Assembly: GCA_029856155.1 (NCBI GenBank) | Contig: JAHQWL010000095.1 | Coordinates: 1-14,909, forward strand | Length of the DNA stretch: 14,909 nt | Source: Promethearchaeia archaeon | Lineage (GTDB): Archaea > Asgardarchaeota > Lokiarchaeia > Sigyniarchaeales > SOKP01 | Reading direction: 5' to 3' | In this document: positions 1 through 9,128 of the stretch, in pieces | Position numbering within the stretch: the stretch's first letter is position 1 | Layout of the letters: each line of letters starts with the position of its first letter | The notes under the pieces: generated by a model | The model's database searches: none | Told to the model about the DNA's origin: nothing | The model's input: only the letters and a program-made list of their open reading frames with translations | Position numbers and translations under genes: made by a program

Positions 1-279
1 TTAGAAGAGATGTCAAAAGAGTTGAAGACAATCAGTAGAGAGATCAGTTTAAGGAAGGATTCGCTTAAAAAGAACTCCGATATCCAAAATTCAATTTCGA
101 ATTTGAATAAAATTATTGATGATTTATATGAGGGGTATATAGAAAAGATGACGGTGCTTGATATCGAAGATATAAGCAGCATATTGATTACTGAAGAAGA
201 ATTAGATGCTGATGTTCAAAAAAATAAAAAAGAATTAATTCGAGTTTTAGAAGAAGAAGTTACCCGAAATAAAAAATGA
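1..279 (+). CDS. 3' end of a hypothetical helical/coiled-coil protein, probably 5'-truncated by the window edge
   Basis: The frame of ORF 10..279 is open back to base 1 (TTA GAA GAG ATG). The protein is K/E/I/L-rich with heptad-like character. Stop TGA at 277-279. Confidence 0.7.
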   Translation, partial: LEEMSKELKTISREISLRKDSLKKNSDIQNSISNLNKIIDDLYEGYIEKMTVLDIEDISSILITEEELDADVQKNKKELIRVLEEEVTRNKK

Positions 280-292
280 CCTATTGAGTCTA

Positions 293-997
293 CTATTTTC
301 TCCTAAATTCTTTTAATTTATCTGCTGGCCATGCTCGAGGAGTAAAACCATCTTTAGTATACCTGAAATCACATATTGGTGCTCCATTTCCAATTGTTTG
401 GGTACGTTTCAAACCGTATCCATATGCTTGAGCTTTGGCATAATCAGCGATACAAATTATTGGCATCAAATGCTCTGCTCCTTGATTTTTATAAAATTTA
501 TATACACCGCATTCACTGTAATCTATTCCAAAATTAAAAGTCTTTCCGTCACTTTCAACGAAATCCAATACCCAATCACCTGGGTATTTACGTATTTTCG
601 AATTTTTAGCATGTTCTTTTTCTTTAACGAGAAATTCATCAGTAAAGATATCATCTGCAGGAGGTATCACTTTATAGAAAGCTTCAAAAAGTTCATATGT
701 CAACTTACCAATCTCCTTAAATTTAAGTCCTTCTTTCTCAAAGAATCTAAGAAGTGGCAGTAGAATAGCAGCATTGATAAGATCATCTGTTAAATGGTTA
801 TCGTTACCTCCTACATAAGGGATTTGAGGGATAACTGTTTCAAATTCATTCCGAGTAGTTATAGAAATCTCATTAAATTTGGATTCCCCGAAACATTCAA
901 TCAGGACTTTTTGAACTATAGTTAGCGCAGCATCAAATGTTCTTAATAAAGTCCGTTTTTTCTTTAAATAAAAATTACTTTCTTTTTCCAATGTCAT
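293..997 (-). CDS. L-2-amino-thiazoline-4-carboxylic acid hydrolase (ATC_hydrolase) family protein
   Basis: 234 aa with the family's C-terminal pattern: YSECGVYKFY...ICIADY...GLKRTQTIGNGAPICDFRY. The actual activity is unknown. Confidence 0.8.
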   Translation of the reverse strand: MTLEKESNFYLKKKRTLLRTFDAALTIVQKVLIECFGESKFNEISITTRNEFETVIPQIPYVGGNDNHLTDDLINAAILLPLLRFFEKEGLKFKEIGKLTYELFEAFYKVIPPADDIFTDEFLVKEKEHAKNSKIRKYPGDWVLDFVESDGKTFNFGIDYSECGVYKFYKNQGAEHLMPIICIADYAKAQAYGYGLKRTQTIGNGAPICDFRYTKDGFTPRAWPADKLKEFRRK

Positions 998-1227
998 ATC
1001 TCTATTCTTTCTTAAAATTTAATCTTATTTACAATATAATTTTAAATTAAAAGGGTTTTATTAAATTTAATAATACGATGCAAAGAAAATAATCGAATTA
1101 AACTAATTTTCGATATCTCTTTTTAAAAGTTGTATATAAATCTTCATAGAAGTAAATATTATATAACCCAAAAGCCCTGTTTTGGATATAAAATTTTATT
1201 TTTCAAGAATTTAAAAAAGTAAAATAT

Positions 1228-1236
1228 AAAAAAAAA
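1228..1236 (-). terminator. Putative archaeal oligo-T terminator
   Basis: An A9 run on the + strand (T9 on -) lies about 12 nt after the stop of the 1249..1785 gene. Weak evidence in such AT-rich DNA. Confidence 0.35.
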
Positions 1237-1248
1237 TTAATATTATAT

Positions 1249-1785
1249 TTAAGCGAAACCGAAGGCGATAAATATAATTAAACCCATTGTAAGGCACATA
1301 AACCCATAAATATAATAAGCTCGGAGATATTTATCACTTAAAAACATTAGATCAGTCATGTACCAACTTACGCATCCTCCAATACCCCAGATGATTATAT
1401 CGGTTATTATATTTGCAGGGCCGTCGGGTCTCACTTTCATACCTGCAAGAAGAAGTAGTGTGTTTTCTATAAGTTCCCAAAGACCCGAGATAATAAAGAT
1501 TATTACCCAATAGAGTACGAAACTTTTGAATTCCGGTTCGTTAATCGGGTCTTTTGGTGCACCAGTTCTATTTTTGATGATCCAGCCAATTGTGAAAGCA
1601 ATCACAAAGAGTGAAACACCCCAAAGGAAGTGTCCTATTGTCCAAAAATCAAATGAGGCAATTGAGAGTTCAAGTTCGTTCATTGCTACTACAGGAACAC
1701 CAAAAACTGCTGCTATAACGGCAGTTAAAATCAATACTAGGAATAATCCCAGCATTATTAAAAGAGGTATATTTCTTTTTTTCAT
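1249..1785 (-). CDS. Multi-pass membrane protein, DUF2585/VanZ-like motif set
   Basis: About 5 hydrophobic segments with motifs DFWTIGHFLWG, LWELIEN and NIITD. ATG at 1785 is preferred over the GTG at 1797, which looks like part of the SD (GTGG). Confidence 0.7.
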   Translation of the reverse strand: MKKRNIPLLIMLGLFLVLILTAVIAAVFGVPVVAMNELELSIASFDFWTIGHFLWGVSLFVIAFTIGWIIKNRTGAPKDPINEPEFKSFVLYWVIIFIISGLWELIENTLLLLAGMKVRPDGPANIITDIIIWGIGGCVSWYMTDLMFLSDKYLRAYYIYGFMCLTMGLIIFIAFGFA

Positions 1786-1914
1786 AATTAAAACCACTTA
1801 ATTATTTTGATTTAATTAGAATTTCATTTTTAGTAACATCGAATAAGATTTCTTATAATTAATAACTTAACTTTTTTACTAAAATCATTAAATAAAAGGC
1901 AATAGAGTCTCTTT

Positions 1915-2394
1915 TTAAATGAGGGGAGTGAAATGTTTACTTTTCTTTTCTACATATTGCTGGTGATACTCCTCTGCTTGCCAAAAATCTGAAGCGGGGA
2001 CTATTTGAGTAACTATTGGCCTTTTAAAACGATTAGAAGCTTCTATCTTAGTCTTAGAATTCTCGGCTTTTTCCTTTTGCTCTAAATCTATATAAAAAAT
2101 TGCTGAACGATATTGTGCGCCAACATCAGGACCTTGTCGATTTAGGGTAGTTGGATCATGGATAGACCAGAATACATCTAGTAATTCCTCATAGGATACT
2201 TTAGATGTATCAAAGGTAACTTCTACAGCTTCTGCATGACCAGTTTTATAAGAACATACATCCTTATAAGTAGGATTAGAAAAATGACCTCCGATATATC
2301 CCACACGAGTAGATAAAACGCCTTCAATCTTTCGAAAATTCGCTTCTACACCCCAGAAACAACCAGCAGCAAAAATAGCTTTTTGAATATTCAT
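1915..2394 (-). CDS. msrA: Peptide-methionine (S)-S-oxide reductase MsrA
   Basis: Motifs GCFWG, GYxGG, NPTYxxVC, TGHAEAV, [19 protein letters not shown] and AEEYHQQY. Confidence 0.97.
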   Translation of the reverse strand: MNIQKAIFAAGCFWGVEANFRKIEGVLSTRVGYIGGHFSNPTYKDVCSYKTGHAEAVEVTFDTSKVSYEELLDVFWSIHDPTTLNRQGPDVGAQYRSAIFYIDLEQKEKAENSKTKIEASNRFKRPIVTQIVPASDFWQAEEYHQQYVEKKSKHFTPLI

Positions 2395-2546
2395 AGGTTA
2401 TATTAGAAAATTAAGAAAAATAAACATAAGCCTAATTTTCTATAAATTTGAGATGATTACTAGGTTTTTTTTATAAGTAATCTAAAGTAATGTTTTTAAT
2501 GTCTATAAGGCATACATTATAATATTCACAATTATTTGTGAAATGT

Positions 2547-2936
2547 ATGGAATCTAAAACAACTGAAGATAAATGGAAAAAAAAGTTAACTAAAGAACAA
2601 TATAAAGTTCTTCGTAAAAAGGGAACTGAGCCACCATTTACAGGGAAATATGTTAAGCATCATGAAAATGGAATTTATAAATGTGCAGGATGCGGAGCTC
2701 CTTTATTCTCATCCGACGAAAAGTTTAATTCTGGAACAGGATGGCCTAGTTTTTATAAAGCTATGAATAAGGATAACATAGAAGAAAAAGTAGACAAAAG
2801 TTTGGGGATGGTCCGAACTGAAGTTCTTTGTAAAAATTGTGGAGGGCATCTAGGACACGTTTTTGATGACGTACCAACAAATAAAGGATGTCGATATTGT
2901 ATCAACTCGATCTCATTAGATTTCGACAAGAAGTAG
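2547..2936 (+). CDS. msrB: Peptide-methionine (R)-S-oxide reductase MsrB, Zn-binding type
   Basis: Motifs [12 protein letters not shown] and CKNC (Zn ligands), [15 protein letters not shown] and RYCINS. Start is ATG 2547 or GTG 2538. Confidence 0.96.
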   Translation: MESKTTEDKWKKKLTKEQYKVLRKKGTEPPFTGKYVKHHENGIYKCAGCGAPLFSSDEKFNSGTGWPSFYKAMNKDNIEEKVDKSLGMVRTEVLCKNCGGHLGHVFDDVPTNKGCRYCINSISLDFDKK

Positions 2937-3051
2937 GAAACCTCATTATATAATTGTCATGACTATATATGAAGTTAATGCTTGATCTTGAGATCCGTAT
3001 GAAGGAAAGAATGTATCTAAATGCTTACATTTATAGATCCAAGTATAAGAA

Positions 3052-4038
3052 TTAATTTTTACTTGATAATAATTCTTCTCTTTTACGACGGTAATACACA
3101 ATGGGATTATCACCTTGAATAAGATTTTCTCCCATTTTTAATTGAGTTTTAATTGGTTGTTGTGTTAGAACAACGTTTCTATCTTGATGGAGAATAAGGA
3201 TATTAAATTTATTAGCCAACCAATTAACAAATGATTTTAAAATAGGGATTCTTAGGAATCTTTGATAAAATCTCATATAAAACTTAGTGTGTGTTTCATC
3301 TATTGGAACAAAAGCAATAAATATCCGAACTTTATCCCCCAGATAATTTTGCCAAATATGTGGAAATTTAAATTGGAGGTGAAATACCTTCATTTCATCA
3401 GTAAATTCTTCAGGTTTTAAAGATCTGGTTTTTCCGTCATCCTTTTGGTTATATACCCAAAAAGTAAATTCATTTCCGTCTTCTGAGGGCTCCACCAATG
3501 GTCCATGCACAAGTGTTTGATACCCTCGACCAATTGTATTATGATGAACGTAAGGTAAATGAACAACATCAAGCTGATTTTCGATCGCGCGGGAGTAGTG
3601 AACAGGCCATACTTCCGTGTGAGTTTTATATGAGAATTTTTTATCGATATCTTGAAAAAACGGTATTTGAGGATAATTCGCTTGAATTTCTCCCCACCAA
3701 ATCCATATAAAATCGTGTTTTTCTCTAGTAGGATAAACTACAACTTTAAAGCGTTCTGGCACCAGAGTATTTTTGCCATTTGCAGGTATTATAGTGCATT
3801 TTCCTGTCTTATCATATCTTAAACCATGGAATGGACATTCTACTGATTCTCCATTATCGTATATTTTTCCTATGCTAAGCATCGCTCCTCGATGAGCACA
3901 TTTATCTCTCAAGCATATTACATCTCCACTTTTACTTCGCCAAAAGACTAATTTTTCTCCTAATCTAGTAACTCCTATTAGTTTATCTTTTGGAACTTCT
4001 CTAGATTCCAAAACAGCATACCATTGATTCCTAATCAT
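3052..4038 (-). CDS. Rieske non-heme iron oxygenase alpha subunit (VanA/KshA-like architecture)
   Basis: Rieske CAH...CPFHG motif, mononuclear Fe motif ENQLDVVHLPYVH, distal QD and N-terminal NQWY. ATG 4038 is preferred over TTG 4065. Confidence 0.9.
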   Translation of the reverse strand: MIRNQWYAVLESREVPKDKLIGVTRLGEKLVFWRSKSGDVICLRDKCAHRGAMLSIGKIYDNGESVECPFHGLRYDKTGKCTIIPANGKNTLVPERFKVVVYPTREKHDFIWIWWGEIQANYPQIPFFQDIDKKFSYKTHTEVWPVHYSRAIENQLDVVHLPYVHHNTIGRGYQTLVHGPLVEPSEDGNEFTFWVYNQKDDGKTRSLKPEEFTDEMKVFHLQFKFPHIWQNYLGDKVRIFIAFVPIDETHTKFYMRFYQRFLRIPILKSFVNWLANKFNILILHQDRNVVLTQQPIKTQLKMGENLIQGDNPIVYYRRKREELLSSKN

Positions 4039-4214
4039 AATTAATTGATAGTTAAAATTAAACAAAATTTATGATTTTGCATTTAATAATTTATAAATTG
4101 ATATAATTAAGCCATAGATTATTTCTTAGGACATATATAATCCATTAAAAATCATGTTAAAAAAATTAAGATCTTTAAAGGGTGGTCTTCAAATGTTTTA
4201 TACTTTTTAAAAAA

Positions 4215-5486
4215 TTAAGTTTCAAGATTCTTAATTTGTGGTATTAAGGTACTTTTCCTGGTATCAAAACCAAATTTTAATACTTGGAAACTTAATATAA
4301 AGGGTACTAAACTGAATAAGCTTAATACTATCCCAAAAATATATGAATTTGGAAAAACAAGGAGAAATCCTCCAATTAATGGTCCTAAAATTTGAGAAAT
4401 GCTATCTATAGATGAGCTTATACCCATTATTTTACCTTGATTTCGGAAATCAACTGAACGACTAAGAAATCCCATGGTTATTCCTCTTGATGTAGCTCCT
4501 GAGAAACTAATAAAGAAGAGAATAATTACCAAATGCCAAGCTTGAGTTATTACTCCTAATAGGAAATATGCTAAAATATAACTTCCTAAACCTATCATTG
4601 CTGTATTTGGATCACCCAAGTAATTCCTGATTTTATTAAAGAAAAAGGCTCTAAATACAACTTGAAATATTCCCATTGATGAAAGGAGTAATCCAATAGC
4701 TTGTGCGTTTAAATTCAATCTAATATTCCCAAAAAGGCTGAAAGTAGTTTGAAATACTCCCGCAGCAATAGCTAAAAAAAGATATTGAACTAGTATAATC
4801 ATAGTTTGATAATTCTTCCATATTGAAGTTTTATTTCCCTCGATATTAATGGGTTTAGGTAAATCTTTATTATCAAATACTAAATTAATTTCTTTAGTAA
4901 ACTCATTATTACTATTTAATTTAATTGGTAATGTTTCTTTAAGAAATAAAGCAGTTAGTGTAATTGTTATACCTGCTAAAATGCTTGCTAAAATTCCGGG
5001 ACCCATAATTCCAAGAGGAGATAAAAAACCTCCTACTGCGGGTCCAATCAAAAATGCTAATGTGAAGGTAATACCAATATTAGTCATTTGCTTGGGTCTG
5101 TCATGAGGGGGGACAACGTCTCCAATTACGGCTTTTGAAATGGGAAATTGACCTCCAAATACTCCATCTACTATTCTTGCAATAAAGAGCATCTGTATAT
5201 TTTGTGAGAGTGCTAATATTATAAATCCTGCTAATGTTCCGAATTGTGAAATTAAGAGTAGAGGTTTCCTCCCATATTTATCACTTAGTTTTCCTAAAAT
5301 AGGTCCAAAGAAAAATCCAAAAATAGCGTTAGAACTTAACAAGAAACCGATAACTAAAGGAGAACTACTATATATCTCCATAAAAAATGGTAAAAAAGGC
5401 AATATGATACTAAAACCTAAAATATCAACAAATACTGCAAACCATAAAGGAATCAATCTTGGATATTTCAAGGAAAATCTCTTCAT
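4215..5486 (-). CDS. MFS transporter, TetA/DHA1-like
   Basis: About 12 TM segments, MFS motif A (GKLSDKYGRKP), ARIVDG and GPAVGG antiporter-type motif. Confidence 0.92.
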   Translation of the reverse strand: MKRFSLKYPRLIPLWFAVFVDILGFSIILPFLPFFMEIYSSSPLVIGFLLSSNAIFGFFFGPILGKLSDKYGRKPLLLISQFGTLAGFIILALSQNIQMLFIARIVDGVFGGQFPISKAVIGDVVPPHDRPKQMTNIGITFTLAFLIGPAVGGFLSPLGIMGPGILASILAGITITLTALFLKETLPIKLNSNNEFTKEINLVFDNKDLPKPINIEGNKTSIWKNYQTMIILVQYLFLAIAAGVFQTTFSLFGNIRLNLNAQAIGLLLSSMGIFQVVFRAFFFNKIRNYLGDPNTAMIGLGSYILAYFLLGVITQAWHLVIILFFISFSGATSRGITMGFLSRSVDFRNQGKIMGISSSIDSISQILGPLIGGFLLVFPNSYIFGIVLSLFSLVPFILSFQVLKFGFDTRKSTLIPQIKNLET

Positions 5487-5678
5487 AATATTAAGAAGTA
5501 GATTGTAAATTTTAAGTCTAAAGTTAATAATTCATTTAATTTCTTCATCTATATCGATGGTTAAAAAGTTAAAAAATATGATTTTGTTTTTAATTATAAA
5601 TTACTCTTATTTGGAACTATATAATCATATTTTAAACCTAACTCTCAAGAATACTTTTATGGAAAATTGTAAGTTCCC

Positions 5679-5960
5679 TTAGTTTGTATTCCATTCAGAA
5701 AATCCAAGTATACTTCCACAAAAGGGGCAATACCACATCTTTTTTCTCTTCGTATACTCCCCTTTAAATCCTCGGTATTTTTTACGTCCTTTTTTATCTA
5801 TCTCAGTAGCATAGAAATCATAAATATGAAGTTCTTTTTTACAAATTGGGCATTTTGGCTTTACATGAGATGTTGATTTGAAATCATATCCACAACTGGG
5901 GCAAATTTGTTTATCAATATCAAGATCTAATCCACATTTCCAGCAACCTTTAAGAAACAT
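5679..5960 (-). CDS. Small zinc-ribbon protein with four CxxC motifs
   Basis: CWKC, CPSC, CPIC and CPFC in 93 aa, plus a basic segment (KKGRKKYRGFKGEYTKRKK). Confidence 0.8.
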   Translation of the reverse strand: MFLKGCWKCGLDLDIDKQICPSCGYDFKSTSHVKPKCPICKKELHIYDFYATEIDKKGRKKYRGFKGEYTKRKKMWYCPFCGSILGFSEWNTN

Positions 5961-6069
5961 GAGTTATCAAATTTAATTAATTAAGTTTTGAATTTCAATT
6001 TATTATGATTAAGAATAAAGCTTTTAGGATTTATATAGATTTCAATATCAAACAAAATTTCATTAAATT

Positions 6070-7452
6070 CTAAGCATCAGATTCTTTTTTTTTTCTAGAA
6101 GATTTATTTCGAATGGTAATATCATATAGCCATTTATAAATACTCAAACTCTTAATATTCATGATAGGCTTAGTTGACACCCTAACTTCTTTAATTTTTC
6201 TCAGTAATCCGAGAACAATAGTGATTCGTAAAATTCCAGACAAGAGAAAGATGAAATGATAAGAATTCATAAAAGTGAAATTAATAAAGCTAATTAGAGA
6301 ACTCCCAAGAAGACCCCCACCAATTATCGCTAATCCAATCAAAGAGTTATAAATAGCAATATACTTACCTCTCCTTTTAGATGGAATATTATCGTAAATA
6401 AAGTTAGACGCTGCTAAATTGAATGCTGTCCAGCCAATTCCACTGAATATTTGAATGCCGAAGAAGATTTGGAGAGGATTAACGTAAATTATCCAGAAAA
6501 GGGGTAAAAAAGGTATTATAACTGCTCCAATTCGAAGCAATTTCACGTTTCCGAATCTATCAGAAAATCTACCTAATAATGGAAAAATAATAAGTCCAAC
6601 CAATGTGGAGGACAAATTAATAATCATGAAAAGAGAATATTCAAAGTTTAATTGGGTTAGCATATAAACTGAGAAGAATGGTTTCGCAATCCATTGTCCA
6701 AATGTTAAAAGAGACACAAATAAAGTAAAGTGTCCAAAATTACTCTTAGGAATTTCTTTAATGAATTGGCTAGTTTTTACATGATCATTTGTCTCAAAAA
6801 AGAAAGGAGGATAATAATGCTTAGTATAAAGAAATGCTGAAATTAAACGAGTGATCAAACCAAAAATAAATAATATGATAAATCCATAATAAACTAAATC
6901 CTGAAATTTAAACCAATCTAACAAAAAAGATAATAAGATAATTCCAATTAGCCCAATCGATTGTGTAATTAGATTCCTTTTTGCAAAATATCTGCCCCTA
7001 TTATTTTCGGGAACAATATCTCCCATTAATGAAAACCATGGAGGAGTCATAATTCCAGTAAATAACATATAAATCAAAAAAACTATAATCAATGTCCAAG
7101 GGAGATATGACTGAATAATATTAAATTGATATAAAAGAGCTATAATTATGAATAAAGGCCATATAAGAGCCTGTCCTAAAATTCCACTTATTAGAATATA
7201 TTTTCGTGACTTATTCTCAATTTGACGAGAACCTATCATTTGTCCGATTGGAGATGCTAAGTTTCCTAAAGACGATATTATCCCAGTTTGAAATAATGAG
7301 GAATTAATACTAAGAGAAAACGGGACGATATAGTTATCTGCTAAAACACTACTAAATACTCCAAAAGATCCTTCAGCAATCGAGACCTTCATTGTTTTCT
7401 TTTTGAGTTTCTCTTCAATGTAGACATCAATATCATCTATTGGAGCTGAAAT
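6070..7452 (-). CDS. MFS transporter
   Basis: About 12 TM segments, GRFSDRFGN and RGRYFAKRN motifs. The first ATG is at 7392, but the frame stays open to an ATT at 7452 (see findings). Confidence applies to the gene; the start is uncertain. Confidence 0.88.
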   Translation of the reverse strand: MSAPIDDIDVYIEEKLKKKTMKVSIAEGSFGVFSSVLADNYIVPFSLSINSSLFQTGIISSLGNLASPIGQMIGSRQIENKSRKYILISGILGQALIWPLFIIIALLYQFNIIQSYLPWTLIIVFLIYMLFTGIMTPPWFSLMGDIVPENNRGRYFAKRNLITQSIGLIGIILLSFLLDWFKFQDLVYYGFIILFIFGLITRLISAFLYTKHYYPPFFFETNDHVKTSQFIKEIPKSNFGHFTLFVSLLTFGQWIAKPFFSVYMLTQLNFEYSLFMIINLSSTLVGLIIFPLLGRFSDRFGNVKLLRIGAVIIPFLPLFWIIYVNPLQIFFGIQIFSGIGWTAFNLAASNFIYDNIPSKRRGKYIAIYNSLIGLAIIGGGLLGSSLISFINFTFMNSYHFIFLLSGILRITIVLGLLRKIKEVRVSTKPIMNIKSLSIYKWLYDITIRNKSSRKKKESDA

Positions 7453-7767
7453 TTAAATCACAAATTTTAATTATTGAGTATTATCCCCATAAAAGGAGGG
7501 TTATTATTATTCATTTTAAATGATTCAATTAATTAAAAAATGCAACATTATCATTTTTTATTTTCAATATTTATATAAAAAAAGTTTAAATACTCGATTA
7601 CATTCAAATTAAACTTAAGAATCATTAAAATAATTCATCTCTTTGTTCAATTTAGATTCTAAAAAAATCTCTGAAAAGTCTTTATTTTTTTTATTACGTT
7701 AATAAAAGTACATTATAAATATGATAATTAGACTTGTAAGATAATTATAATATTTGAGGTTATAAAA

Positions 7768-8703
7768 ATGATAAATGATATAGAAAAAAAAGATATAAGG
7801 TATTTTCAAAGTCCAAATGACCAGCAAATTATAATAACGGAACTTAAGAATGATGTTGCATCCGATAAAAGAATTTTAGAAGACCTTACTATAGAGCCTA
7901 AATTAAATGATAATTCTTTCCACAAATTCTACAATTTTCCAAAATACTATGATAAAGCTTTTACTAGAGACGTAAAGAGCGATATATCTTTTTTCAAAAA
8001 ATGTTTTCACCAATATTCAAATGTGGAAGTCAAAAGAGTCTTAGAACCTGCATGTGGTCCTGGTATGTTTTTAGAGATTCTACCAGAGTATGGATATTAT
8101 GCTTTAGGCTATGACTTAAATCCAGCAATGGTCGAATATGCTAAAGAAAAGCTGAAAAGATCTAATATGAATGCCAACCAAGCTGATGTAATTGAAGGAA
8201 ATATGAAAAACATGAAATTTGATGAAAAGTTTGATGCTGCTTTTATCTGTATAAATAGCTTAGGATATTTAAGAAGTGAAGAGGAAATTTGTTCACATTT
8301 TAAAGTTATGGCAGAGTCTTTAAAACCAAGTGGGATTTATATTATTGAAATAAGTTGCAAATGTGATGATATTAAAAATGAGAAAAAATTCGATGATACT
8401 TGGTATGTCAAAGAAGAAAATTTTGATCTGGAGTTAACTTGGGCAATAAATTGGTATGATATTGAGAAAAGAATCCGTCATGTCGACTTTCATATGGTTA
8501 TCAACGATAATGGATATACCACTAAAATTGAAGAGGCTCATGAGCTTCGACTTTGGATATTTGATGAATTTAAGCAATTTTCAAAATCGGGAGGGTTTGA
8601 AATTGTAGGAATCTACAATCAGAATTATGAAAAAATAGCTGAAAATATCCCTATTACTGGAGAATTAGGTGCATTATTTTTCATTTTGAAAAAGATAATT
8701 TAA
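7768..8703 (+). CDS. Class I SAM-dependent methyltransferase
   Basis: Motif I VLEPACGPG, GYDLNPAMV, GNM, FDAAF and LKPSGIYII. GAGGT SD lies upstream of the ATG. Confidence 0.92.
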   Translation: MINDIEKKDIRYFQSPNDQQIIITELKNDVASDKRILEDLTIEPKLNDNSFHKFYNFPKYYDKAFTRDVKSDISFFKKCFHQYSNVEVKRVLEPACGPGMFLEILPEYGYYALGYDLNPAMVEYAKEKLKRSNMNANQADVIEGNMKNMKFDEKFDAAFICINSLGYLRSEEEICSHFKVMAESLKPSGIYIIEISCKCDDIKNEKKFDDTWYVKEENFDLELTWAINWYDIEKRIRHVDFHMVINDNGYTTKIEEAHELRLWIFDEFKQFSKSGGFEIVGIYNQNYEKIAENIPITGELGALFFILKKII

Positions 8704-8738
8704 ATAATAATTTGAAATATTAAAAAACAAAATTTGAG

Positions 8739-9128
8739 TTAAGATTCATAATTAGCAAGATTATCGATATACCATTTATACAATAAGGGAATGTCTTCTA
8801 TTTTACTGAACTTCATCAATTTATCAAGCAAAACAATAAAGATTTTATCGTTCCTTTTTGTTGAATTTAAAGTTTTATCATCTGTAATCTCTATCAATGT
8901 GTTATTATGTATATCGATAAAGAACATTGAATATTTTTCAATAAATACATTTTCTGAATCTAATTCATATTCCACTTCTTCTTTAAGATCCTTGAGAAAT
9001 CGTTTTAATGTATTTCCAATTGTAATCCAACCTTGAATATAACCGCTCTGTGTCTTATTTAGAACAAAATATTTTCCAATTGATTCATTTGAATTGTGTT
9101 TATTCATATTATTAATATTTTTTGTCAA
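8739..9128 (-). CDS. Hypothetical protein, possible beta-grasp/ubiquitin-like domain
   Basis: Open frame of about 130 aa. GGTGA (9137-9141) sits 8 nt before TTG 9128, so the ORF-track GTG at 9140 is probably part of the SD. The fold guess is from pattern only. Confidence 0.6.
   Translation of the reverse strand: MTKNINNMNKHNSNESIGKYFVLNKTQSGYIQGWITIGNTLKRFLKDLKEEVEYELDSENVFIEKYSMFFIDIHNNTLIEITDDKTLNSTKRNDKIFIVLLDKLMKFSKIEDIPLLYKWYIDNLANYES

Noticed and set aside
398-763. 121-aa + strand ORF
   Set aside because: Antisense shadow of the ATC-hydrolase-family gene with no motifs.
1058-1073. Perfect 16-bp palindrome TTATTAAATTTAATAA (also TGAAAATTTTCA at 11975-11986)
   Set aside because: Almost purely A/T in very AT-rich spacers and not repeated elsewhere, so chance cannot be excluded.
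1526-1801. 91-aa + strand ORF
   Set aside because: Antisense to the membrane protein gene.
1915-3051. Selenocysteine-containing MsrA/MsrB with a SECIS element
   Set aside because: Catalytic residues are encoded as Cys and neither gene has an in-frame TGA.
3498-3710. 70-aa + strand ORF
   Set aside because: Lies inside the Rieske oxygenase on the opposite strand.
4849-5106. 85-aa + strand ORF
   Set aside because: Antisense to the MFS transporter.
8791-9036. 81-aa + strand ORF
   Set aside because: Antisense to the 8739-9128 gene, which has the better SD and composition.
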